Source of the DNA: Candidatus Dojkabacteria bacterium
GTDB lineage: Bacteria; Patescibacteriota; Dojkabacteria; SC72
DNA length: 64,000 bases
NCBI GenBank assembly: GCA_016182915.1
Contig: JACPFP010000003.1
Location: 187,685-251,684, forward strand
Direction of reading: 5' to 3'
Positions 1 through 9,325 of the stretch are shown one piece after another. The translations under genes were made by a program, and so were the position numbers. Numbering within the stretch: the stretch's first letter is position 1; each line of letters begins with the position of its first letter. The notes beneath the pieces are model-generated. The model made no database searches. It was not told the DNA's origin and saw only the letters and a list, made by a program, of their open reading frames with translations.

Positions 1-681
1 CTGTTTAATCTTCTCTCTTACATCTCGTTCAAAGAGTTTAAGGTAGTCACGCTTCTCTTGATCGGTTGTTGCTTCACTACTCTTTTGAAGGTTTGAATAT
101 GGGAATTTTGAATCCACATTTATTCTAGTACCATCGGGGAGAAATACACTGAAGTCCGGTCTTGTTTCAGAGCCAGTCTGTTCTTTGTTGAATTCGTAAT
201 CTACCCCTCTGACAAAGCCTGCCATTTTCAAAAGCTCATCTGCAACCTGTTCTCCAAACTGTCCCCTCAATTGATTATTTGAAAGTACCTTCTTCAAACT
301 TTCCGTGCTTACAGCAAGCTGATCCGTAATCTTTTTATATTCATCCAAAGAGGTCTTAAGGGATCCAAACATATTAACTCTTTCCTTCTCCGAGTCATTC
401 AGCCTATCCTTACTGTCCTTTAAATCATTTTGAATTGTTTTAACTAGTCTCTCAATTTCCTGTCTTTTTCCTTCCATATCTGCACGTATCTCCTTTTTCT
501 CAGCTCCGAGTTTTTGGTCTGCCATCTGTATTACCTGCTCATTAACAGATTTCATTAGTTCGGGGAGAACCTGCTTTATAGAGGCTTCCATATCTTCCTT
601 ACTTGTATCCTTTCTTTTTAAGAAGAAAGCGATGCCAAATCCGACAACTAATCCTATTACAATACTTATAACTAGATCCAT
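1..681 (-). CDS. rmuC: DNA recombination protein RmuC (5' part; C-terminus runs off the window start)
   Basis: Minus-strand ORF starting at ATG 679-681. Translation MDLVISIVIGLVVGFGIAFFLKRK has an N-terminal TM helix, then coiled coil, then a RmuC-like block GQFGEQVADELLKMAGF...RPDFSVFLPDGTRINVDSKFP. Absent from the ORF track because it is truncated by the window edge. Confidence 0.6.
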   Translation of the reverse strand, partial: MDLVISIVIGLVVGFGIAFFLKRKDTSKEDMEASIKQVLPELMKSVNEQVIQMADQKLGAEKKEIRADMEGKRQEIERLVKTIQNDLKDSKDRLNDSEKERVNMFGSLKTSLDEYKKITDQLAVSTESLKKVLSNNQLRGQFGEQVADELLKMAGFVRGVDYEFNKEQTGSETRPDFSVFLPDGTRINVDSKFPYSNLQKSSEATTDQEKRDYLKLFERDVREKIKQ

Positions 682-796
682 ACATATTTATTCATAATTA
701 AGGTATTTTGATTATACATCATAATTTTAGTTGGTTGATGATATAACTCAAAAACTTAGTATATGAGATATATTGGTTTTGGATATATCGTTTGCT

Positions 797-1603
797 CTAC
801 TCCTTGCTTTTACCCTTAGGTATAAAGCCCTTAAAATACCGGCCCGCAGCAGGGACTCCAAGTGATAACGCAAAGGATACAGAAACAAAGAGGAGAATTA
901 TTCCAATTCCTGTTGCACCCGTTAAATTAGCATCTGTCATATATTCTACAGTTTCTCGACTAACTGGACGGCTTTCAATTGCATGAAAATAATCCATTTC
1001 AAGAAACTGTTCTTTAAGCATTACATAGTCAGAGCTATTAAATATTCTAATAATATCCTGAAATTTATAAGATATGTGTTCGGGAAGGTCTTCAGGTCGA
1101 CCAAAAAAACCATAGGACCCCATATCAATTCCCACCATAATGCGAGATGGGTCAAAAGGATTCTTAATAGCTTCAAATTCTATGTATGTATCACCATTTT
1201 CTGCCTCACCAGCGTAATATAATGATTGGGATCCAGTATTAATTGACTTAAAAGCTCCAAATTGAAACTCACAACCTGAAACATCTGCACCTGGAATATT
1301 TCCCAGTAGCATCCTACATGCCTCTGTTACTCTGATAATATGATCCTGTGGTGCATATGCCCTTATAATATACTCTCCTGTAGGGTTTCCATCCGGAGTA
1401 AGTAATACTTTTACACAAACATGTTCAATATTACGAGGGGAGTCAGGAGGAAGAATATTATCTAGATTCGCTTCAATGAAACCCGTGGGGCATCCATTCC
1501 ATATCGAATCCTCTAAAGGTTCTCCATAGAAAGGTCTCTTTCCTGAATCATCAGGGGGCGAAACTTCCATTGAACTAATCATATCTAAAGAATTGGAATA
1601 CAT
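797..1603 (-). CDS. hypothetical protein with C-terminal TM anchor
   Basis: 268-aa ORF with hydrophobic C-terminal segment GIGIILLFVSVSFALSLGV. No recognisable catalytic motif. Confidence 0.4.
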   Translation of the reverse strand: MYSNSLDMISSMEVSPPDDSGKRPFYGEPLEDSIWNGCPTGFIEANLDNILPPDSPRNIEHVCVKVLLTPDGNPTGEYIIRAYAPQDHIIRVTEACRMLLGNIPGADVSGCEFQFGAFKSINTGSQSLYYAGEAENGDTYIEFEAIKNPFDPSRIMVGIDMGSYGFFGRPEDLPEHISYKFQDIIRIFNSSDYVMLKEQFLEMDYFHAIESRPVSRETVEYMTDANLTGATGIGIILLFVSVSFALSLGVPAAGRYFKGFIPKGKSKE

Positions 1604-1666
1604 AACTGTATTATACTACAGGATAGTGAAGGGATAAATATAAAACGAGGAGGTTAAGCTTACTAG

Positions 1667-1966
1667 CTAATTTCCTAAGTCCCTCCATGTATCAGTCGTT
1701 TCGTCACTTCTAATAACAAGGTTACCAGCTTCATCAACATAATAAGTGCCTCCCTCAACTGTAAGTGCTGTTATACGACCAACAGCATCGTTTTCAAAAA
1801 CCGTTGGGCGGTTAGTAGGATCAAAGTCATCTAAAGATAACTGTGTAGCTGTTTCATCAAGCTTAAAGTTAACTAATGGGAAGTCAAGAAGTTTCTCTGC
1901 ATAGGGGTTATTCATAGTTACTAAGTAATTAACAACTAAGCTAAGTAATATCTCTGTTAGTTGCAT
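1667..1966 (-). CDS. hypothetical small protein
   Basis: 99-aa ORF with hydrophobic N-terminus, same strand as neighbours. Confidence 0.3.
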   Translation of the reverse strand: MQLTEILLSLVVNYLVTMNNPYAEKLLDFPLVNFKLDETATQLSLDDFDPTNRPTVFENDAVGRITALTVEGGTYYVDEAGNLVIRSDETTDTWRDLGN

Positions 1967-2016
1967 GACACTTCAGTGATTGAGTAGCACTAACCAACTG
2001 AGCGAATTACCCTATA

Positions 2017-2862
2017 TTAGTATTCCATACTCATTAACTTTTCAACCCTCTTCTCTGTTAGAGGATGGGTTGAGAATAATTCCAACGCTTCCCTATTACT
2101 AAATGGACTATGTATGAATAGTGATGCTACAGATGTATTTATCTCTCTATTTGGGGTATCCCTCACACTACTATCTATAGCTATTAACGCTGATGCTAGT
2201 GCTTCAGGATTTTTAGTATATTTAGCTGCAGTTGCATCGGCTTCATACTCTCTAGATCTTGAGATTCCAAACTGAAGTAAGATTGCAATGATAGGTGCAG
2301 TTATGAGAAGAAGTATCGCTAAAAAGGGATTCCTCTCCTCCCTATCTCTTCCTCCAAACCCTCCCCAATATGCAATATTTTGAATGCTTGATATTGCACT
2401 TGCAAGAACAGCCGCAATTGAAGCAATCAGTATGTCATAATTTTTTATATGTGAAAGTTCGTGTGCAATTACAGCTAAAAGTTGTTCTTCTTCAAGCTGA
2501 CTAATAATTCCTGTAGTTAAACAGACAACAGCATGCTTTGGGTTTCTTCCTGTAGCAAAGGCATTAGCCTGCGCTGTTTCCATTATGAATAGTTTGGGAA
2601 GAGGTATTTCCATATTTTTACAGACTTTCTCTACCTCTTTTTTTATTCCATTTAAGCTTCTCCAATCACTCTCCTTTGCATTAGTCATAGCAAGAACCAC
2701 TTTGTCGCTAAACCAGTATGAAAAGAAGTTAAGTATCAAACCCAATATTCCTGCAAATATCATTCCATCCTCACCAGCAAAGTAGTATCCAAAGGCTATA
2801 AATATAGCTGTTAAACCTGCCAGGAGAATAGTGAGTTTTAAGTATGAAGATATCTTATTCAT
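2017..2862 (-). CDS. htpX: M48 family zinc metalloprotease HtpX
   Basis: N-terminal TM helices, HELSH (HExxH) motif, downstream E for the third zinc ligand. Overall HtpX architecture. Confidence 0.85.
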   Translation of the reverse strand: MNKISSYLKLTILLAGLTAIFIAFGYYFAGEDGMIFAGILGLILNFFSYWFSDKVVLAMTNAKESDWRSLNGIKKEVEKVCKNMEIPLPKLFIMETAQANAFATGRNPKHAVVCLTTGIISQLEEEQLLAVIAHELSHIKNYDILIASIAAVLASAISSIQNIAYWGGFGGRDREERNPFLAILLLITAPIIAILLQFGISRSREYEADATAAKYTKNPEALASALIAIDSSVRDTPNREINTSVASLFIHSPFSNREALELFSTHPLTEKRVEKLMSMEY

Positions 2863-2927
2863 ATACTTAGTATTATACCAAAAAGTAGTGATATACTTGG
2901 GAAGATAAAATATTAGATTAAATACCG

Positions 2928-3392
2928 ATGGGAGTAATTAGAAGAACATTAAGTGAGTTTAAAGATTTCGCCGCAAAAGGAGATGCAATTACCCTAGCAA
3001 TAGGTGTCATTATAGGTGCGGCATTCAAGGGAATAATAGACTCATTGGTTAACGATATTATTATGCCTCCAATTAGTTTCCTCACAACCAAAATAGATTT
3101 CTCAAACCTGTTCTGGGTCCTTGGTAGAGGGAGCTATTCAACTTACGACCAGGCAAAAGATGCAGGTGCTATCGTAATTAGATATGGGAATTTCCTTAAT
3201 CAGGTTTTAATATTCCTAATAACTGCCTTTGTTATTTTTATAACCATAAATAAATTACAGAGGATGGTTGTCAAGAAAGAGGAGGAAGAAAATTCTAAAA
3301 AGTTAAAGAACACGAAAGCATGTAAATATTGTTTAATGGAAATACCATACAAAGCCACAAAGTGTGGACACTGTACAAGTACGATTAAATAG
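2928..3392 (+). CDS. mscL: large-conductance mechanosensitive channel MscL with C-terminal CxxC...CxxC zinc-ribbon extension
   Basis: N-terminus FAAKGDAITLAIGVIIGAAFKGIIDSLVNDIIMPP matches the MscL signature. Second TM follows, and the C-terminal tail ends CKYC...CGHC. Confidence 0.8.
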   Translation: MGVIRRTLSEFKDFAAKGDAITLAIGVIIGAAFKGIIDSLVNDIIMPPISFLTTKIDFSNLFWVLGRGSYSTYDQAKDAGAIVIRYGNFLNQVLIFLITAFVIFITINKLQRMVVKKEEEENSKKLKNTKACKYCLMEIPYKATKCGHCTSTIK

Positions 3393-3400
3393 TTTCAAAT

Positions 3401-4855
3401 CTATCTATGTGCTTGAGTTCCGTGTTGGTTATAGAATTCAATTGCAACTTTTAGTTCTTCTTTATCTTTTGCGTACTCTTCTAATGGTATATTTGCCAAC
3501 CATGCTTCATATGCCTGGAATACAGCTTTAATACCTGCTCCTGTTCCCATAGGATGTGAATGTACACCCCCTCCCATTGTTACAATGAAATCTATTGATC
3601 CAAATACTTCTATAAAGTCTGGAAGAAGAACAGGATTAAGGCCACCAGAAACGATCGGGGAGGTCTTTTTTATTACCCTCCACATTGTATGCTCCTCTCC
3701 GACTTCCATTGTTAAATTCTTTGTTCTTCTTATTGCAGCAAGCTCTCTTGTTGGCATCCCCCAGAACATATTCTCTCTTGCGATCATCTCCTGCATATCT
3801 GGATCCCTATCTGGAATCTCTGCCCAGATCTGAGTAAAGAATTCTCCTTGTGCATTGAGTCTTAATGCTTGTTTTGCAGCTCCTATGTCTTCCTTAGCAC
3901 TTCCAGACATCTTTCCGACACCTGCTGTACCTGTATGTACACCCGAAGCGCCTGCAAGTCTTGCAAATTTAGTGAGAACTGGAACTGTGTATCCAATTGG
4001 ATTTTCTTCTCTTGTAAAGGCACCATGCCCTGCCCTATGGAAGTGTATAAATACATCGGGATAGTGTCTTCGCATAGTCTGAACTGCGCTCCATCCAGCA
4101 GTCATTCCGTCAACGAGGAAAGAATAGCTTCCCGGTTTCATAACCCTTCGAATATAATCAGCACGCCTAATCATTGTGTCAAAGTCGGCAGCGGAGACAT
4201 TAAAAGAGTGAACTTTCGTTCTTCTAGTTTCCAACTCTGCTTTATCCATAGCCATTCGAACGGAATCTACCATTTTTTCAAAAGGTGCAAACTGCTGGTC
4301 CGCTTGTGGTTCATCATTCTTAACAAAGTCACCACCACCTGACCAAAAATCATAACAAAGTTCTGCATATTCAGTGGAAGTTAATCCAATTTTAGGTTTA
4401 ATAATGGTTCCAAGGATTGGTCTATCATATACACCGAGATACTTTCTCATATCATCAAGTGTATAGCTTGGACCGTCATACTGAACAAGCATTTGTGGTG
4501 GGAACCAGACATCCAGAAGTTTACATTCCTTTAGATTTCCCATTCCAAATATATTACCAGCTATAAAGGTAAGAATGTTCTGGATATTTCCTCCCCTATC
4601 AAACATTAACCATGGGTATGCTATGTAAACAAGATTCTTCTCTTTATCAATATCGTATACAATGGCATCCAATCCCATTGAATAATTTGTAGCCGTAGAG
4701 ACTTTGAGGTTAGAACCAGAGGAAGACTCAGCAGCAAGTTCTGTTGCCGCACTTTCAATGCTCTCATCCCCATATGGGACTACTTTATAAACGGTGAGAA
4801 GGTATTGACCATTGTGGACAGATTGATCTCCAAGTCCTAAATATTGCTCTTGCAT
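3401..4855 (-). CDS. rbcL: ribulose-1,5-bisphosphate carboxylase/oxygenase large subunit, form II/III type
   Basis: 484 aa with GGDFVKNDEPQ active-site block and RuBisCO large-subunit conservation throughout. No small-subunit gene adjacent, consistent with form II/III. Confidence 0.9.
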   Translation of the reverse strand: MQEQYLGLGDQSVHNGQYLLTVYKVVPYGDESIESAATELAAESSSGSNLKVSTATNYSMGLDAIVYDIDKEKNLVYIAYPWLMFDRGGNIQNILTFIAGNIFGMGNLKECKLLDVWFPPQMLVQYDGPSYTLDDMRKYLGVYDRPILGTIIKPKIGLTSTEYAELCYDFWSGGGDFVKNDEPQADQQFAPFEKMVDSVRMAMDKAELETRRTKVHSFNVSAADFDTMIRRADYIRRVMKPGSYSFLVDGMTAGWSAVQTMRRHYPDVFIHFHRAGHGAFTREENPIGYTVPVLTKFARLAGASGVHTGTAGVGKMSGSAKEDIGAAKQALRLNAQGEFFTQIWAEIPDRDPDMQEMIARENMFWGMPTRELAAIRRTKNLTMEVGEEHTMWRVIKKTSPIVSGGLNPVLLPDFIEVFGSIDFIVTMGGGVHSHPMGTGAGIKAVFQAYEAWLANIPLEEYAKDKEELKVAIEFYNQHGTQAHR

Positions 4856-4980
4856 TTGTTATTGGCAGTTAAGTTATTAAAGTATAGTAACAAGTTAACA
4901 TATTCGGTAGGCAAGGACAATGTCATTAAGGTTAGATTAATATCTTGATATCTTTTTTGAAAAAATATAGAATCAATTAA

Positions 4981-5514
4981 TCATGAGGGGGTTGTAGTTC
5001 TTAGTCTCGTGCTAAGCGCCAAGCCCCCACCCAATTCCAACTTCCCTCTTAGGTCTTCTAAATAAACTTTTCTGTCCCTGTATTTATATAGTAGAGAGGA
5101 TTCCGACTTGCGAGATGGAATTAACAACCTCTCTAATTTATTATCTTTATCCAATTCATCGTATAAACAGAGAAAGTCCCCGTCTCCTGATATAAATACT
5201 GCCCTGTCATACATTGGGAAGAGAATTTTTGCAGAATGTAACACAAGTTCGGCGTCAACATTTCCTTTTGTTTTATTCTCCCCAATACCTACAACAGGTT
5301 TAAATATGATCTGAGACCCAAAACTTCTTAATCTTGTATACATGCTCTCAAACTTAGGTATGTAACCGAGGAATAAATAGACTTTATTTACCTTCCACTT
5401 ATCCACTAAATATCTATGAAACTTTTTAAAATCTAATTTCCAACCCAAAGATCTAATTCCCAGGTTTAAATTCTGGGAATCTATAAATGCGTATGTAATT
5501 CTTGTGACCTTCAT
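4981..5514 (-). CDS. NYN (LabA-like, PIN-like) domain protein
   Basis: AFIDSQNLNLG N-terminal motif and SGDGDF motif typical of NYN/LabA nucleases. Paralog of 55574..56116. Confidence 0.7.
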   Translation of the reverse strand: MKVTRITYAFIDSQNLNLGIRSLGWKLDFKKFHRYLVDKWKVNKVYLFLGYIPKFESMYTRLRSFGSQIIFKPVVGIGENKTKGNVDAELVLHSAKILFPMYDRAVFISGDGDFLCLYDELDKDNKLERLLIPSRKSESSLLYKYRDRKVYLEDLRGKLELGGGLALSTRLRTTTPS

Positions 5515-5577
5515 ACTTAGATTTTAGCAGGATATTATTAACTACTTATGAACAAATTAATATGATAAAATCGCTTC

Positions 5578-7092
5578 GTGGTAAACATAAAGGATATTGT
5601 ATATACAGTTGAAGACAGAATGATTCTTGATCACATAGATCTCGTTATAAATAACGGCGAGAAGATTGGTCTTGTCGGTGTAAACGGGGCTGGTAAATCA
5701 ACCTTCCTAAAGATTATAACTGGCATTTTAGAACAGGAGAAAGGGATTATTTCAACAAATGGAACTATTGCATATCTAGAACAGGAGATTAAAAGGAACT
5801 TAGATAATACTGATAATGATTCATACACAATTGAAGAGTATCTTGTTTTGGAGAAGGGATTAGATATACAGGCATGGGAAGTATCAAAGTACCTCAACCA
5901 TATGAATGTAAGTGATAAAAGTGCAGAGAGTATCTTTGGGTCGCTCTCAGGTGGGCAGAAGATTAAGGTTGAACTAATTGCTATCCTTTTCCAAGAGCCT
6001 GACCTTCTTGTCTTAGACGAACCAACAAACTTCCTTGATATACCGACAGCAGAGTGGCTAATGAGGTATCTATCAGAGTATAAGAAGTCTGTTCTTGTTG
6101 TATCACACGACCTTAGGCTCATGAATAAATCAATAGATAGGATATGGTACCTAAATGAGCATACACATAAAATTGAGAGTTTTAATGGTAACTATGACCA
6201 GTTCCTGACCTTTAAAGAAAGACAGAGTGAGTGGCTTGTAAAAGCGTTGAAGAATCAGGAGAAGCAGGTAGATAAGCTATTTAAAACGGCTCAGGTTCTT
6301 TCTAGTAGAAAGTCTGCAGCGGAAAAGATTCGTGCATCAAAACTTTTTGCTAAGGCAGAAGAGAAGAAAATCGAGCTTGAGGAGAAGAAAACCGAGGGCT
6401 CTAAAAAGTCAAGAAAGATGAGAATTGAATTTGAATTAGAGAGGTTAAGTGGGAAAAGTGTTCTTGAGGTTTCCAATATCTCTAAAAGCTATAATGGGAA
6501 AAAGATCCTTAATGATGTTTCATTCTCTCTTCTTAGAGGTGAGCGAATGATTATTGTAGGAAGGAATGGGATTGGGAAAACTACTCTCCTCAAAATCCTC
6601 GCAGGAAAGATTGAAGCGACATCAGGTTCATTTAAGTATGGTTACAATGTTGATCTAGGATACTATGCACAAGAGTTTGATGGCTTGGACTACAGTAAGA
6701 GTTTGATACAGAACTTTATGGAAGATAGTAAGGCAAAGCAATTGGGTAGGAATAGGATATTAGAGATTCTTTCAATGTTTATATTTAAAAGTGACAGGTT
6801 AGATCAGAAAGTTGGAACGCTCTCAGGAGGAGAAAAGACTCGTCTTGCTATTGCAAAACTCATGACTATGAACTGTAACACTCTTCTTCTTGATGAACCG
6901 ACAACATATCTAGATCCTGCCTCACAAAATACTCTTTTAGAATCACTTAAGAACTATAAAGGAACAATTGTACTTGTAAGTCACGTACCTGAATTCGTGG
7001 AGAAATTTAAACCTGACAAAGTTCTGCTACTTCCTGAAGAGAAGTTTACATTCTACGAGGAGAAGTATTTGAATAAAGTGAGGGCTGAGTAG
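5578..7092 (+). CDS. ABC-F family ATPase (two ABC domains joined by a long charged linker)
   Basis: Two Walker A sites (GVNGAGKST, GRNGIGKTT), two signature motifs (LSGGQK, LSGGEK), no TM domain, about 80-aa K/E-rich inter-domain linker. GTG start at 5578. Confidence 0.85.
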   Translation: MVNIKDIVYTVEDRMILDHIDLVINNGEKIGLVGVNGAGKSTFLKIITGILEQEKGIISTNGTIAYLEQEIKRNLDNTDNDSYTIEEYLVLEKGLDIQAWEVSKYLNHMNVSDKSAESIFGSLSGGQKIKVELIAILFQEPDLLVLDEPTNFLDIPTAEWLMRYLSEYKKSVLVVSHDLRLMNKSIDRIWYLNEHTHKIESFNGNYDQFLTFKERQSEWLVKALKNQEKQVDKLFKTAQVLSSRKSAAEKIRASKLFAKAEEKKIELEEKKTEGSKKSRKMRIEFELERLSGKSVLEVSNISKSYNGKKILNDVSFSLLRGERMIIVGRNGIGKTTLLKILAGKIEATSGSFKYGYNVDLGYYAQEFDGLDYSKSLIQNFMEDSKAKQLGRNRILEILSMFIFKSDRLDQKVGTLSGGEKTRLAIAKLMTMNCNTLLLDEPTTYLDPASQNTLLESLKNYKGTIVLVSHVPEFVEKFKPDKVLLLPEEKFTFYEEKYLNKVRAE

Positions 7093-7190
7093 ATTACATC
7101 CTTTCTTAAGTGGATTTTCAAAATACCATTTCATCTTGATTTAATCTCTGTCGTTTACAATAGATATAGATAACTTTATTATTTATAACA

Positions 7191-7652
7191 ATGAGTAAAC
7201 AAGAGCTTGATACAATCAAAAATATGATTACACTAGGGTTCGGAGGGATAAACGATCGGCTTGATAGGATAGAAGAGAGATTAGATAAGATAGAAATGAG
7301 GCTAGATCATCTGGAAACTCGGATGGACAATCTGGAAGCCAGGATGGACAATCTGGAAGCCAGGATGGACAATCTGGAAGCCCGAATGGACAATCTGGAA
7401 GCCCGAATGGATAAGTTGGAAACCAGACTAAACTTACTTGTGGTTAGTTTTGAAAGGTTGGGAGAGAGAGTGGATACATTAGAGACAACCGTAAATTCTT
7501 TGAAAGGTAGCGTTATGACACTTCAAGATACAGTATTTGGAATGGATAGTTATATTCAGGGAGAATTGTTTATAAATCTTAAACAGCTAGATACTCAGGA
7601 TAGAAGATTGGGAAATAGGATTACAAAGGTAGAGAAAGTCGTTTTTAGCTAG
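7191..7652 (+). CDS. coiled-coil protein with heptad tandem repeats (RMDNLEA x4-5)
   Basis: Translation is dominated by about 10 heptads, DRLDRIEERLDKIEMRLDHLETRMDNLEARMDNLEA..., encoded by a 21-bp nucleotide tandem repeat. Confidence 0.5.
   Translation: MSKQELDTIKNMITLGFGGINDRLDRIEERLDKIEMRLDHLETRMDNLEARMDNLEARMDNLEARMDNLEARMDKLETRLNLLVVSFERLGERVDTLETTVNSLKGSVMTLQDTVFGMDSYIQGELFINLKQLDTQDRRLGNRITKVEKVVFS
7300..7425 (+). repeat. 21-bp tandem repeat (about 5-6 units, ggatggacaatctggaagcca and variants) inside the coiled-coil CDS
   Basis: Direct reading: units at 7321-7341, 7342-7362, 7363-7383, 7384-7404, plus degenerate flanking copies. Confidence 0.8.
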
Positions 7653-8436
7653 TTTTTATATGTTTTTTGTAGTAGTAAAGGGTGTTTTTCAAGATTGTCT
7701 TAACCCTATCCTTTCCGAAGGTATCTATTTCCAAATGTTTAACTTTTATAGTTGGGCAGTAGTACACACCATATCCTGCTTCTCGAACTCTTTTACATAG
7801 ATCTTGATCAGCGTGGTACCACATCTTTGGGTCAAATCCCCCTACTTCTTCAAATACCTTACTCTTGACGCAGAAGTTAGCTTCTGAAACCCAATCTACT
7901 TTTCTGAGGGCGTGTTCTGAGAATGATATATCAAGATTAGGAGATATATTTGGATACTTTCTTTTTAGTTCCACAATCTTTTCAAGATTGGTCCAATGTT
8001 TTAGCATTAGGTTATCGACTTTCCTGGCCTTTGTATCTCGGGATAGATTCATTTCGTATCCCCAGTTCCACCACATAGGTTCATCCTTTTTAGTTATAAT
8101 CATTCCACCGACTAAATCTATTGATTTGTCCTTGAAGAGCTCTTCTATCTTCTCGGTAACATCTGCAACTAGTATCTCCATATCTACATCCACGAAAAAG
8201 ATGATATCTCCATGTGGGTATTTTAGGATCCTGCTTCTATTAGCACCTGGACCTACATTTACATTATTTTCAATAACGGTTACTTTAGGGAAGGTTTTAG
8301 CTATTTCAACTGAATTATCCGTTGAGTTATCATCAATCAGATAGATTTGATCGAAGTGTTCATTTGAAAGCTGTTTTAGGATATTGGATATGTTTGAGGA
8401 TCCATTGTAGTTAGGAACAACGGCGGTTATTTTCAT
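7645..8436 (-). CDS. glycosyltransferase family 2
   Basis: N-terminal ITAVVPNYNGSS...YLIDDNSTDNS GT2 (GT-A fold) signature and DVD motif. Confidence 0.75.
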   Translation of the reverse strand: MKITAVVPNYNGSSNISNILKQLSNEHFDQIYLIDDNSTDNSVEIAKTFPKVTVIENNVNVGPGANRSRILKYPHGDIIFFVDVDMEILVADVTEKIEELFKDKSIDLVGGMIITKKDEPMWWNWGYEMNLSRDTKARKVDNLMLKHWTNLEKIVELKRKYPNISPNLDISFSEHALRKVDWVSEANFCVKSKVFEEVGGFDPKMWYHADQDLCKRVREAGYGVYYCPTIKVKHLEIDTFGKDRVKTILKNTLYYYKKHIKTS

Positions 8437-8540
8437 CTCTATATCTTGCAGTTATGTTAGGTCTAGTATCTAGAGACATTGTAGCATATGGGAAGAGACA
8501 AAAGGCGATAGAGAGGATCAAAGAAAAAATGAGATTTTCC

Positions 8541-9107
8541 CTAGTGTATATATGTTGAAAACGGCTCAACTAGTTCTGCAATATAGTTAACATGGACCTC
8601 TCTCTCATTACTGTTAATACCCGGTAGATAATATCCACATGCTTTATCGACTCTGTACCTGAAATATGTATCAAGATATTTATTTGTGTTAGGAAATATT
8701 CCAGTCATAGTTGCGTAGTTGGCAATATTTAAATCAAATTCGTTCTTAACTAGATTGTTTGCTGTTATAGCAAAGTGTTTCTTCTGAATATTTCCTACGA
8801 GAAGTACCTTATCAGATAATCTCTCCCACGTATTACTATCTTTTGAAAATTCCGTAAATCTATCTTGGGTTGTAGTTGTATATGAAGATTTTGTTTCAGA
8901 GAAGAGTACCCATACTTTTTCATTTTCTGATTGAGCTTTTGAAATAAAGGTTTGGAGTATATTTGGCCTACAGAAAACTCCTCCATATCCCCAGAAGAAT
9001 TTCCCTATTTCTTTCTCTTCTTTCTGTTTTATTTTAATAATTTCATCTAATGAATATCCACAGTATGGGCCTGCTTTCATTAGAAGAATATATTTATATG
9101 GAAGCAT
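8541..9107 (-). CDS. hypothetical protein
   Basis: 188-aa ORF, no recognisable motif. Confidence 0.35.
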   Translation of the reverse strand: MLPYKYILLMKAGPYCGYSLDEIIKIKQKEEKEIGKFFWGYGGVFCRPNILQTFISKAQSENEKVWVLFSETKSSYTTTTQDRFTEFSKDSNTWERLSDKVLLVGNIQKKHFAITANNLVKNEFDLNIANYATMTGIFPNTNKYLDTYFRYRVDKACGYYLPGINSNEREVHVNYIAELVEPFSTYIH

Positions 9108-9147
9108 AGATACATTCTACAATTAAATGGAGGGGAAATGTTGAAAA

Positions 9148-9223
9148 TGGTGGGCGATGAGGGATTCGAACCCCCGACCCTCTCGGTGTAAACGAGATGC
9201 TCTAACCAGCTGAGCTAATCGCC
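9148..9223 (-). tRNA. tRNA-Val (anticodon TAC), CCA encoded
   Basis: Reverse complement gggcgattagctcagctggttagagcatctcgtTTACACcgagagggtcgggggttcgaatccctcatcgcccaCCA folds as a cloverleaf. GTTCGAATC T-loop, anticodon loop tttacac. Confidence 0.85.
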
Positions 9224-9325
9224 CTAATGTTTCTGATTATACTACAAAATATATTAAAAAAGAAAATGGAAATATATATTTTAATAACCCACCCTACAAT
9301 TAGGATGGGTTATTAATTTTAAATC

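Noticed and set aside
792-1222. Plus-strand ORFs 792..986 and 983..1222
   Set aside because: They lie entirely antisense to the longer 797..1603 ORF, have low-complexity composition and no motif. Taken as shadow ORFs.
3585-4342. Plus-strand ORFs 3585..3833, 3855..4064 and 3869..4342
   Set aside because: Antisense to the strongly supported RuBisCO gene. Shadow ORFs.
7300-7425. Possible CRISPR array from the regular 21-bp repeats
   Set aside because: Repeats are directly adjacent with no spacers, lie in frame inside a coding sequence and encode heptads. This is a coding tandem repeat, not CRISPR.
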